A stretch of 64,000 bases of DNA from assembly GCF_009914755.1 (NCBI RefSeq), contig NC_060942.1; one strand, given 5' to 3'. The notes beneath the pieces are model-generated. The model did no database searches, had not been told where the DNA came from, and was given only the letters and a program-made list of their open reading frames with translations. Shown in pieces: positions 35,306 through 49,016 of the stretch; the first letter of the stretch is position 1; every line of letters begins with the position of its first letter. The position numbers and the translations under genes are program-made. Source of the stretch: the human T2T-CHM13v2.0 reference genome, Homo sapiens.

Positions 35306-37503
35306 CCAGTGAGATTAATAGAATGTATGTGCATTCTGTGAAGGGGTCAAGAAAACTGAAGAGAGAGAATAAATCATTGCTGCTAATAATTAAGAGGATA
35401 AAAGTGTTGATCTTGGAACTGGCTATTTTTATTAGAACACTGCTTTTTGAAGAAAATGTAAATAATTTTCTAACTTTTGTGTTTTACAAGTATGACTTTT
35501 ATTTTTTTATTTAAATAGAGTCAATATATATCACTAGTCTTCTACAAAGAATTTCATTATTCTTTCCAATTATCTGTTTTTTTGTTGTTGTTGATATTTG
35601 TTTTTTTTTCAAATCAAGTAGAGTGCTTTCATATTTCCTTTCTCGATTCTCTAAAGGGGAATTATATAAGCCCATATTGAGTTGACTAGGAATTAGGCTG
35701 AACTTCCTGAGTAGCCAGTATTTGAGTGAGGCTGTGCACCTAACAAGCCATGGGATCAGATGAACTTTCAGAATGCCTTTCATACTCTTGCTTTATCAAG
35801 TTAATATTTTGGATCTTAGAGAATTTAGTCTTTTCTTTGCAAATCCTTATTAAATTTAGATACTAGTCTCATGATCCATGTTGTGTGTCACCTGGCTTAA
35901 TTATATTGGTAGGTAGATCTTTTAGACAACTCTTTCAGTATAAGAGACATTCTAATAAAATGAAAGAGAAGAGGGAGAATGGAAATGCCAAAAGAGATAG
36001 TAGAGGAAAAAGTCAACAAAAATATCTTCTTGCAACCATTGGCTTGATTGGACTTACTTAAGTAAACATTCCTTAGTTACGGGATTATTGCCTATGAAGC
36101 ATCATAAACCTATACTGATATCCAGAGAGGGCAAGGCTAGGAGGGGCTGTGATATTCCAGGGAAGTTTCTTGCCTTCATAGGTATTGCAATACCCAGGCC
36201 AAAGATAATCTATGGTCAATCCACTACCTAGGAAACCTCTTCCGTCCTTCATCAAATTTAGAACAAAAAAGACATGGTCCACTAAAATCAATTTTCCTTT
36301 TTAGTTTACTGAATAAACAAGCCAGAAAATACACACACATACACACCCAAGAAGAAGAGCCATTGTCCTTGGCCTGAAGAAACTTTTGTAAACAGAGAAA
36401 CTATGAATGAATACTACTTAATCTTAAAGGGCATGGTGAAATAATGGGGTTCATTCGTGACCAAGAGGGATTCTGATTCTTGTGATGTGGATTAGGTCAT
36501 TTAAAAAGTGTTCATGTGAGTTATCTGATACTGCATTTTCAGTGTCTATTTCAAGACTTTGAGATATTTGTTATCACCTAAGAAATTCCATGAGGGCTTC
36601 AGGCTGTCTTTCAGTTCTCAGATATTCCTTTGGTGCCTAGCATGGGGCTTGCTCATTTCAGGATTCCATATAAGTATGTTGACTGATTGACTAAATTTTA
36701 TCCCACAGCTACCCTTGAACCTCATAAGTCTTTTCCCTCTCAAATTTGTCATTCTGAATGGATGAGAGAGGAATGTACAGTGTTCCTCTCTGTGTCCTAC
36801 CTTAGTCACTCATTGTCCTTGCATCAAGCTACAAAGATTTATTTTTTTTAATCAGCCCTGATCAAGCAGTCTCTCCAAACAGTTAACCTTTTGGGTTGTT
36901 TATCCCTTGTTTCTGAAAATTTATCTTCAACTGTCTTCTATCAGGATGTTCAGAAAGAGTCAATGCAATACAGCAGCACACTGTTATAAACAGACCGAAA
37001 AGGTAACAGCTTAATTACTAGAAATAGAAGGCATACTGTCTATCCTCCTCCTGCTGCATTTTACACACACACTTGCACACATTCATGCTCACACAGTCTT
37101 CTTCATGGTCCTCGATTATGAAATTTGAAACAACGGATATATAATTATGCATTTGGAATGCTCACATCACAGACAGTCATGACCTGGTACCTGAAAAAGG
37201 CCTTGCCAAAAAGGTAGGAGCTGAGGGAAGAGTTAGTGGTGGAATTTTCCCCAAGATAGGAAATAAGACAAGGAGTAAAGATTTGGAAATGCAGTAGAGC
37301 ACATTTTTTGTTTTTGGTGCTCACTGATGAAATGTATCTTGTGATAATATATTTTTAAAATGTTAAGCAATTTTAATTTTTTTTTCTGGTATTCATTTAG
37401 CATGAATGTTGCTAAATTTCATGTGTCAAATGTTCAGCATTTTTTTTTTAAAAGCAATGTGAGGGCACCAGAAGCAAAGTTTCTGATTTCACAACTATTT
37501 TGA

Positions 37504-37828
<325 letters not shown>

Positions 37829-39327
37829 TACGACATGTGTTTTTAAAGTTCCAATGAAATGGTACATCTCTGGATGTGTATAATATTAGGTCCCTTTGCT
37901 TTTTAATTTAAGGCCAACTTAATGTTCAGTCACAGCTCTAATTTTACCTAATATTCCAAATATCCAAACTCTTATTTACGCTGACAATCTCTTCACTCTG
38001 AGACTTCCCTGCCTAGTTTCTGTTTGCTTTAAGATCATATGTTTTGTTGGGGATTGGAACCCCTTAGGGAATATGAGAGTGACAGGCAAACCGAACCAAG
38101 GGAGTTTTCTTTCTTACAAACAGCAAAACTCCAAAAAGATGCTCATCAAATAATTGTGAGGCTTGAAAACATTCAGAAGTCATTGTCTTCTGCGATGTGT
38201 AGAATAATTAAATGCAACATCAGCATGACATCAGTGGTAGATAATTTTCAGCCGTAAAACGCCATTCTCTCCCATTAACTGAGGATTGTTGGAGGTTTTC
38301 GTCTCCATTTCACCAGACAGAGTACAAAACATTGTGACATGCTTAATATTTCTTCCGCCAAGATGTCCACTCCGATTCCTCACCCTTTACAGAGTTGTTG
38401 ATTTCATCCTACATTTAGCTGCCAAAAAAGCGATTGCGTGTGCAGCACCAGTAACAAAGTGAAAATGAATTATGCATCAGAAGGAACTGCATTTGAGTCA
38501 GAAAACTTAGACTTCAGCATCTTCAAATTACAATATGATTTAAGAAGGAATACATTTAAGGAGATAGCAATGGACTGAGGTGAAGGGGTCAGCATTGGCT
38601 CAGTTTAATATAATTTAGCTTTCAATTATTTATTTTTTAAAGAGCTACTAAGCACACTGAATCTCTTTAATGGCAATGTCAAAAGTATGGAGACTGGAGA
38701 AAAGCCATGAATAATAGTGACAGATTGTTATGCATGGTACTGTTATAAGGCCTGCTGCAAACTGAAGCGTTCACCAGAGCCGGAAGAGCAAACAAGGAGC
38801 AGCCTGCTAGGAAAGTGAGGGACAGGGCTCCCTTCCCTGGGCTGCGATGATGGCTGAGCTCACCTTTCTTTGAGATTTAACTGGTCTTGTCAAAGGCCTT
38901 TAAGTCACTATGTCTTCGACAATCCCGCACTTCTTTTCTGACACGTAGACTATATAATTGTTTGTTTAAATGGTCTCCCTCTAATTTCACCAACAGCAAA
39001 ATTAATTCAGTAGAATAACCTCTCACATTCTTTAAGCAACCATACAATGGCTAGAACTGTGAAAGTACCCTGGAGGACATGAGGCAATGACTTGCTCATC
39101 CATCACAAAATTCACCCTCAAATGAATGGACTTGAACAAATTGAGGAACTATGTGGTTGAAAATAGATAAACAAGTGTTGAAATATCAAATGAAAATTAA
39201 AAGTGTGAATTAATACAGATGAAGGAGGAAAAGGGTATGGCAAAGTAGAGGAGCCTCGAGTACCATTAGGGATCCCCATGGTTACTCATTGACTCACCAA
39301 GGCAAAGTGAATGAGGAAAGTATGTGA

Positions 39328-39627
<300 letters not shown>

Positions 39628-39677
39628 AACTTTTGAGATCAAGATGAAGTTCAGTCTCATAAAACTTTTCAACTCCA

Positions 39678-40021
<344 letters not shown>

Positions 40022-40699
40022 TCATCCAGAGGACAGCTTTTCTGCCAGTTGGGCAACTCTTAGATAAATAATTATTTCTCCAATCCTTTCCTGATCATGC
40101 ACCTCATTTGAGTGCCCATAAAGGCCACCAGTGATCTAATTGGGAAGTGACTGAGGGTGTCTCTGGCATGACTCAACCTCCCTTGTGACACTTCCTTCTT
40201 CTCTGCCAATGTTTCCTTTCCCAGGTGCCGGAATTTCTTTATTCCCATCACAATTTTTCAAGCATGGGCATTTTGGTGGTGCAGTGGGTGTGATCCAGTG
40301 TATTGTATGACATGTGGCATGACTAGGGAGCTAGAAGGAGATGCATTTCATTATCACATTACCCTTGAGTCACAGCTTTTATCCTACCATGAGAGCAGTT
40401 GCTGAGTCCACAGATATGAAAGAAGATATGAGCGACACAAAAGAAATAACATTCCATCCACTTCTTTTCTCTCAAGGCTCTGATACTTCCTTCTCATTAT
40501 GCCTTATAAAGCTTTCCAAAGTATGTCGTTCATCACATCACTCCCCTGCTAAGTAAAAATCCACAATAGTTCCTATTGCCTATGGATCAAAGTCAAAATT
40601 CTTTAGCTTTCCTTTAAGACACCTCATAATAATCAAGGACCTTGTTCCTCTTTTGTCTCTTATTAATATTTAGCATATATTCCCATTACATTCAAATTT

Positions 40700-40835
40700 C
40701 TGGCTTTAAATGGTCATATAGCTGTTGCTGAAACTGCTCAATTCTGCCATTAAGGCATGAAAACAGCAATAGACAATATGAAAAAAAATGAGTGAACATA
40801 GCTATGTTTCAATAAACCTTTATTTACAAAAATAT
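40700..40835 (+). mobile_element. MER58A-like fragment
   Basis: AACTGCTCAATTCTGCCATT...AGCAATAGACAATATG...GTTTCAATAAACCTTTATTTACAAAAA. Confidence 0.65.
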
Positions 40836-40841
40836 GTAGTG

Positions 40842-40936
40842 GGCCAGGCTGGTCTTGAAATTCTGGGCTCAAGCAATCCGCCTGGCTTGGCCTCCCAAAG
40901 TTCTGGGGTTACAGGCATGAGCCACTGCACCTGGCA
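40842..40936 (-). mobile_element. Alu left-arm fragment (AluJ/FLAM)
   Basis: GGCCAGGCTGGTCTTGAAATTCTGGGCTCAAGCAATCC...GAGCCACTGCACCTGGC. Confidence 0.8.
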
Positions 40937-43243
40937 CCCCCACTTCTTCGAATTATTTGTCTCACCAGCTTAGTGACAAGTGAAAAAGGCAGTATCATAT
41001 TGAAAAACAGAAAATAGATATAAAACAGGCAGATTTCTAGTTTGAGCTCTTACTTTTTTATTTAGACAACTTTGGGACTTCTTCAACTTTCAAATGGATG
41101 ACTTGGTTAAATTAGTGGTTTTCAAATATAACGATAGTTTTACATATATAGTTTATCCTTTTAGTAATGGATTTTTCTTTCTGAAACAAAGAAAAATTTC
41201 TTTTTTGTTCTTCCTATTCTATCACAGACTCTGAAGTATTGGGCAGACTGAGCAGAACCATGCTGGTTGGGGCAAAGTGGCAGAGCTCAAGGTGTTCAGC
41301 TTTCTTTTCACTCTGAGCTATGTTCACTGAGAGTTCTGCAGAGTCAAGTTCTAAAATCTACAGGAGAACACAATCTCTAAAATTCTTTCTGGTTCTAAAT
41401 TTCTTGTATTTTCTGTCATTTCATAAAACATTTTATTTTGAACTGTTACTATCTTAAAACTTATTCTACTACCATCTGTACTTTTTTCAACACAACATGA
41501 AGAGTACTAAAACCAAAGAAATATTTAAGGATACAATTTCTGAGAAAAGGAGGTTAATTGTTCCTAATTGCAAGTGGTTCCAAGTGATTGCCTAATCTGT
41601 TCAGTACAAGAACAGTTTGAAGCTCTGCAGAAACTTCATGCTGAAGAGGAAGGAGAAATTGGTAAAGACATGCCCATTGACTACTTTGCTAACAGACAGA
41701 TCAAAGGGGAATCAGTTTCCTCTGCCAGGAACAGGTATCAGGTTGCTGATAGTTTTAATTTCATTCTTCACACTTGTGCCTGAGAAAAGGCATGCTTTAA
41801 GACTATGCACTTCTGTTTTTGGGGGAACATTTCAAGGCACACAGTGCTGAGAAATTATTATTGCTTAATTATGAAAATACTTACGTAACAGCAGAATGCC
41901 AGGGGTGTGGTATGTTCAAGTGAGGGACAGTTTCCTCAAACCCAAGGTAGCTGCAATTTGGAAAATACATTTTTAAAAAAATGAACTAAAAAGAAATAAA
42001 TAAAATCTTGATTACAGATAATGCTTGCTTGACGCCTACATAAAAACAAAATCTTCTTTTTCTGATTAAATATCTAAGGTGGTTATCTGCCTACATTAGC
42101 AATCCCCAGCCCTCAATTAGCCACATGTAAAGGAAGGCTCTAATTTTCTTCTAAGGAAGATAGAATTTTCAAACCATAATTATATTTTATCTATTCAATT
42201 TAAGAAAAGTAAAGTATGAGATTAAGAGAATTGAGAAAAGAATAATAATTTATTTTAGAAAAATGTGAGAACAAATGGGGCTGAAAGCAAAACTAAGCAC
42301 TGTATTTCCAAAAACCATTATGGGAGACCCTGCTGATTTCAAGCTTTGCAATTTAGATTTCTTCTGAAAGTTGTATAGGGTTTGCCTTTTAATATTTTGT
42401 TTTTTTCACCATGTATTCTCATCTCTCTAGTTACTATTGAGAGCTAAACCTTTCAACTCTTTTTATGGGGCATTGAAGGAGGGAAGAAAGGGAATAGGAG
42501 CAGAACTATCTTGCCACTAGTCAATGTCATCAGTTTGATGTCCTGGGATCCACTTTACTGCAAATCTCAGACCCTGGAAAAGAATAGAAGCTTTATTTTC
42601 AGCCAACCACCAAGGAATTAGCTAACTGCTTAAGAGTTATCTAGTTACGGTGTAAGGTCTTGTCCCTCCCTCTATTGAAAGTAAATAAAGAGGAAAGGTT
42701 AATTATGACTGAGTAAAAGAAAAACAAATCATTATTCAGAGTAAAAGGAAATGTGTGTGTGTACATGTTAGTGGGGCTTTTTCTGAAAGAGTGAGAGAAA
42801 ATGCTTTCTTTTCTATGAATAAATTAATTTTTAGGAATCAATGTAACCTGTCAAAAGTAGCTTCTATCAGAGTTATGGAGCATTTTGGGATCCTCATTAA
42901 GTTGATGTGGTCTAGATAATATTTCTTTTCCATGATCATCTTGAATGCCATACTTCTTTTACCATTACACAGAGCCACCTACTCTACATAGTTATGGCAG
43001 TCATCTGATAGAGGTTGATATGGGAGAAAGACACAACCACTCAACCTGAGTGATCATCACATGATACACTGGTCAGAAAAAGCATGTATGGCAGGATTTC
43101 ACAACACCAATCTGATTTCTCTCGTCTCTCTTCGTTGTGCACTCTTCACTCAGTCTGTTATTTGGGATTCACAATATTGAGGGGACATGATGCTAGGAAA
43201 CAGTTATGAAAGAAAAAAATTCCATTTTATTTTACTTTCTTTC

Positions 43244-43765
43244 TGTAGGGGAGAAAAACTAATATCTTTCCCTTACTCATCAAAAGGGTCATGACTGACA
43301 TCCCTATTAAAAAAAGACATATTAACAAGAGAAAAGCATAACAAATTTATCAATCAAAGTTTTATGTGACACAGAGCCTTCAGAATTGAAGACCCAAAGA
43401 CCTGTGGCAAATAGTGTATTTTTATGCTTAGGTTTCTTTAAAAATGGATTGTCATGTAGACATATAATTGGATAAAAAGAGATATGACCTAATTAATGGT
43501 AATAAATGAAAGGGAACTCAGCAAGACCTGTTTGTTCAGATTATTCTTAGCCTCTCTGTATGGCATTCCTTTCCTCTGAATATAGATCAGGAGCCCTCCA
43601 GAATGAGCATCTCATGACCTACTTCAGGTGAGGTAAGTCAGAGAATTCCTTTATGACCATGCTTCACAGACAAAGGTGAGGGAAAGTGAGACTGACCTCA
43701 CTTTTGCAGTTTTTCTCAATTGTCAAGGTGCCATGTTTTGGGGTATCATGTTCTGAGACCCAACA
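43244..43765 (-). mobile_element. MER34-family ERV1 solo LTR
   Basis: TG...CA termini (TGTAGGGG...CCCAACA) with a 4-bp TSD TTTC at 43240-43243 and 43766-43769. The terminal motif is shared with the LTR at 55874-56513. Confidence 0.8.
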
Positions 43766-44149
43766 TTTCATGTTTATATAAATTGTGTTCGGAAAGGCTT
43801 TTTTTTTTTTGTAGCATGAGTAGAAATGCTCCTTTCTCAAGTCCCACTGATATTCAGCTTGACAGTTGGAGAGCACTTAATTAGTCTCAAGAATCTACTT
43901 ATTAAAACTTTGTTTATTTGTGTTCCAGAGAGTCACAAGGACAGAAAGACAGGTTTCTTGGTACTGCAACACAATCCTTAAATGTAACCACATAACTTAT
44001 GCAGGGCTGTATCAACCCAATCTAAACAAGACAAGTAGCTTATTCTGAAGCATAAATTTGGATTCGAAATTTGACAGAACATTACAAAAGTGATCAAAGC
44101 ACACAACATTGGTTTTGGAGATATTGCTGTGCTTTTCCTGTTGTAATCT

Positions 44150-44534
44150 TATATTAGTCTGTTCTCACATTGCTATAAAGATCTACCTAAGACTGGGTAA
44201 CTTATAAAGAAAAACGTTTTAATTGGCTCACAGTACCACAGGCTATACAGGAAGCATGGCTGGTGAGGCCTCAGGAAAGTTACAATCATGGCAGAAGGCA
44301 TAGAGGAAAGTGGGGCGTCTTACATGGCCAGAGCAGGGGGAGAAGAGAATAAAGGGGGAGGTGCCACACACTTTAAAACAAGTAGTTCTCAAGAATGCCC
44401 ACTTCTATCATGAGAACAGCAAGGGGGAAATCTTCTCCCATAATCCACTTATCTCCCACCAAGTCCCTCCTCCAACATTGGGGATTACATCTGGACGTGA
44501 GATTTAGGTGGGGGCACAAATCCAAACCATATCA
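44150..44534 (-). mobile_element. MSTA-like MaLR solo LTR
   Basis: ATTAGTCTGTTCTCACATTGCTATAAAG...CAAATCCAAACCATATCA. Confidence 0.87.
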
Positions 44535-44850
44535 CATATATACACAAAAGTAATTGAAGGACGTTAATATCATCTACTAGAATCCTTTCAATTACAGATT
44601 TTAAAAATACGTCCTAAAGAACTGTAAAATTTTCTAAATGAAGGCCCATGTCATTTCCTCTGTTTAAGAAAACATGGGAAGAGAAAATAATACCAATGTA
44701 AGAGAAGGAGCCTTTCATGAAGTCATGAGCACTTACTAAAGCATGCAGCCCTTCCCAGGTAGCAGATTTTTGTTGTTGCTGTTATTTTTTTCCCCTTTCT
44801 TATAAGAAGTATTTATTAAGGGATTTATTTACATTGACACAAACTGCCAG

Positions 44851-44982
44851 ATTTGCATCTCCCTTCATTTGCATTATCTTGCCTCTTCAAATTAGGGGTT
44901 AGTTTTTACTCTCCAACAGCTCATTTTCCTTAAACACAAGGAGAGGACCTAGCTATCTGCATAAGGCATTTTATATGCAAAT
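44851..44982. promoter_or_regulatory. Cluster of three perfect octamer (POU) motifs, candidate enhancer
   Basis: ATTTGCAT at 44851-44858 and 44867-44874, ATGCAAAT at 44975-44982, in apparently unique sequence. Confidence 0.4.
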
Positions 44983-46873
44983 CTAGCCAGTCAACAGCAG
45001 AGTGGACACTGATTAAACACAGGAGATGCTAATCATAATGACTTTTAAAGTTACAGAGACAGACAATATCCTTGTTAATGTTTTAAGGATTCCAGAGATA
45101 GAGTCAAACTTGCTCTGTAGAGAGTCTTTTAGTTGGCCATTGCGATACTATTGATACACTAGTATTGGCCAGAGCGGCTAAAGTCATGGAACCGCTGAAA
45201 ATGGATTAACATGAGATGACAATGTTGGAAAGTCTTGCTGTTTTTGGTCCTTGGGAAATTGAGGGAGGCAGAAGGGGGCTGACAATTGTTTCTTTTCTCT
45301 TTTGCTTCATCTTTCTAGAGGTTGTTTCATCAGCATATTTTTTAATAGTGCCTTGAATGTAGATAGCTCCTTCCTGCTGAGCTAGTCAAAGTGCTTTACA
45401 TACATTATCTCTCATTTGTCCTCCCCTAATCCTCAGAGTTTGATAGATGTCAAAGGAATGTCCTTTTTTTTTTTTTTTTTTTTAAGCTTCTGGGGTAAAC
45501 CAGAGCCACTAGATTGAAAGTACAGGGGAAGAGTAATTTTCCAAGATGGCATCAAGCTTTAGAAAACCCTTATAACTGAGGAAAAAAGAAAAATGTCTTA
45601 TCTCGTATGCATTACTACCATTCATCAATAGTCCACTTTCTTTTCTTTCCTGAACCTGAAAAGGCTACACTGATCATTTTTCTTGCCATGAGGTGAGCCA
45701 TGTAATTTTTATGACTTATGAAAAGTGAGCAAAAATAAACTTACTTTCTGACCAAAAAGCCCATTCTCAATTCTCTATCTTTTTTCTTCTCTTGTTCATC
45801 AGTGGGTAATATGGAATAGAGCCATCCTAGCCCTGGCAACACACAAACACACACATCCATGTATATTCATACATTGTATTTATTTGAGGAAGAAATATAA
45901 ACTTTCTGAGATTTGGAGGTTACTTATATCAGTATGAGCTTTGCTTATTCTCACTGATACATCTTGTTTGGGTAATACTTAGACATAATAAAACAACAAT
46001 ACTCTGCTACTTAAAGTATCTTTGGAACCACAGACTGTGTAAATTGACAAAAACATATTCCCATCAAGCAAATAAGTTATTTATTATAATGTAAATTTAA
46101 CAAATCAATGAACTAAGTATATGTTACTATAGGTTACTATTCCAAGTACTTTTCCACATTAAACATAATAAATTGTACTGATTTTTCTCAAGGTAATAAA
46201 AGCATATAAATTGAAAATAATTATGAAATACAAAAAAAGGCACACACACACACACAAAGAAGAAAACAGAAATAATCTGTTCTTCCATATCCAGAGATAA
46301 CCACTGTCACTGAGTAGCACTGGAGGCATCGTGTAATAATTTTTCACAAAATGAACAAAGATAGTTATTATATTGTTCCACCTCTTTGTTTCCTGTAACA
46401 AGGGTTACAAAGCTGAAAAGACACCAGAAGACAAATCTGTTCACTTGAACTCTGTGCTAGTTTGGATACTAACTAGCTGGGAGACTTTGGCAAATGGTTT
46501 AACTGTCTCTGACTCTATTTTTTTAATTGGTATTCATATCTCACAACTTTTTGTTCTTTTCCATGAGATTTTAATCTCATAACTTTGGTTTAGGTGATTA
46601 TTATTTAGCTGTGAGTCAATTCACTAGAAACAGCTGAAAGTTGATTCATCAAATGATTAATTTCCCAAATAACTATTTCACCAAAAGTTTAATATTTTAA
46701 AAATGAACCTATAAGAATTTTACTAGGAATATTCAATAGTAAATGTTTTATAAAAGTATATTTTATCACAGTAACAAAAATGTTGGCATGTATTTTTCTG
46801 CTTTTTTATTTTACATTTTAAGATTGAGCTGGTATGTTTCTAAACTTCTATTTCACTTTTTGTTTTGTCAATC

Positions 46874-47126
46874 TTTTTTTTTTTTTTTTTTTGAGATGGA
46901 GTCTCATTCTGTTGCAGTGCAGTGGCACAGTCTTGGCTTACTGCAACCTCCGCTTCCCGAGTTCAAACAATCCTTCCACCTCAGCCATCCAAGTAGCTGG
47001 GATTACAAGCATGCACCACCACACCAAGGTAATGTTTTTTTTGTGTGTTTTTATTACAGACGAGGTTTCACCATATTGGCCAGGCTTGTCTCAAACTCCT
47101 GACTTCGAGTGATCCCCTGACCTGGG
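46874..47126 (-). mobile_element. 5'-truncated Alu (AluS-like) with an internal deletion
   Basis: Antisense Alu that stops after GATCCCCTGACCTGGG. CAATCTTT flanks both sides. Confidence 0.85.
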
Positions 47127-48468
47127 CAATCTTTAGTTTTTAGCCTAAGAATTATTGGCATTTCAAACCATTTAATTCTTTCTTTAAAATTTTGCATTTA
47201 TATTTAATATACTTCAAATTTATGATTGCAATCATATAGGGGGATATAATAATTCTTTCTGATAATATGAACTTTCTTTTCTTATCATTGACTGAGTAAA
47301 CCTTTTGATGTTGGCTATTTGTGCAAACTGCTACCAAGTGGAATTATTCAGACTGACTTTCATGGCTTCCAAAGGTTAGCAACGTCTTATGTGATAGGAT
47401 TTTTCTGGTAATTTCTTTCAAATGCTTCTGAATTTAAAAAAATTAATATTTAATTTAAAATAAAAATAACTTTAAATTCAATATGACTAGGGTAATTTTT
47501 AAATTTAAATTTTATATTTATATAATTTAAATTTTAATTACAAAAATATTTTTAAATTTAGGATTATAAAATTAATTGTACACCAGTATTAATTTTATTC
47601 AATTCACTATTTAAATATAATTTAATATGTATTTTCATCATTAAAATGTAACATTTAGGCTTGAATAATTTGGGAATAAAATCTAAAAAGTTTTAACCTT
47701 TTAAAAATTTCAAAAGCTATTGAAAAGTTCTGAAAGGAATAAGAAGTAGATAAGATAAACCAAATGAAATATCAAAATCTTAAATAAGAAAATATTTAAT
47801 GTTTTTTTAGTGTATAATATTTTATAATTTTTTATTTTCTGAAGTTTATTCTTTATTTTTTGTAAATGCTTCAACCAAAACTTAATTAATATTGAGAAAA
47901 ATTGGATTCAACCATCATTAAAATGAAATTCTGATTACTTCTGGAAACAGCAAAAAAATCATTAGCACATTGAACATTGGTTCAATGCATTCTTTTCTGA
48001 ATTACTTCATTAACTTTTCCCCAAGTCCTCAATACCTGTCAAACCAAAATTTACCACCAAATGACCAACCCTCAAACAAAATGAAAAAGAACAATAGCAG
48101 CAACAGTGATAGTACTTTGGATTTTTAAAGTTATTTCCTAATAAAACTTTACAATATACAACAAAAATTTTGAACCATTTTGACAATATACTATCTAATT
48201 TCACTGACCCTCTTCTCCACCTAAAGTGACTTGCCTCATGTGCAAGCTATACTTGCCTGGCTCATAAAATTTATTCAATAAACATTTTCCTAAGATTCCT
48301 CTATGTCAGGTACCATTCTTATAGGGATAAGGAGAGAAAGCTTCCCTCTTCACCCACTGAAGGATCACTGAAAATGAACTACAAAAGATGCTTAATAGAA
48401 GGGAAAAAACATACAAATTTATTTTAATGTTTATAGCATGGGGGAATTACAGAGAAGTGATGACCCAG

Positions 48469-49016
48469 TGAAGCTGGCCTTGTTTTCTGGGGTGTGATTC
48501 TTTGTCTCATGGCCAAGGAAATCAAGGATGTGGATACACCAAGGGTAAGGTTAGAGCAGAAGTTTAATAAGTGAAAGAAAGAGCGAATGCTCACTGCCGC
48601 AGAAAGGGCCTCCCCAAAACAGTTGCTGTTTCACAGTTGAATACAGGGGCTTTTATAAGAAACCAATGAGGGCTGGGTGTCTCATTTGCATAAGTTGCGA
48701 ATTTGTGTGGTAGCTCTACCCCTTCCTCGTAGTGCACATGCCAGCCCTCAGCTTGTGTTACTCCATGTTGCTTTATTCCCCTTACTGTGCATATGTCAAG
48801 GGATGGAATTTTCCATTGTGGGTATGTTTGGGCAAGTCTCTTACATAGCCTTTCCTATATCTGGGGCTGTGGACATGTCTCAGGCAAGCATCCCTGTGCA
48901 AGTTCCTTTCTTTTCCGAGTTCTGTGCCTGCAGGCTGTTTTTTTTGTTTGAAAGAACTCAACTGAGGACCCGCCCAAACTGTCTGCTTGAGTGGTTTCTT
49001 CCTTCCTCCTCTCTCA
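48469..49016 (-). mobile_element. MER50-like ERV1 solo LTR nested inside the proviral 3'LTR
   Basis: Minus strand starts TGAGAGAGGAGGAAGGAAGAAACC. Perfect 4-bp TSD CCAG at 48465-48468 and 49017-49020. Confidence 0.85.

Noticed and set aside
41568-41783. 71-aa ORF with protein-like composition (EQFEALQKLHAEEEGEIG) as a coding exon
   Set aside because: It starts at TTG, has no convincing flanking splice-site pair and no recognisable homology.
47400-47900. Extremely AT-rich tract as a functional element (matrix attachment region or origin)
   Set aside because: Base composition alone is not evidence, and I see no periodic or structural signature.
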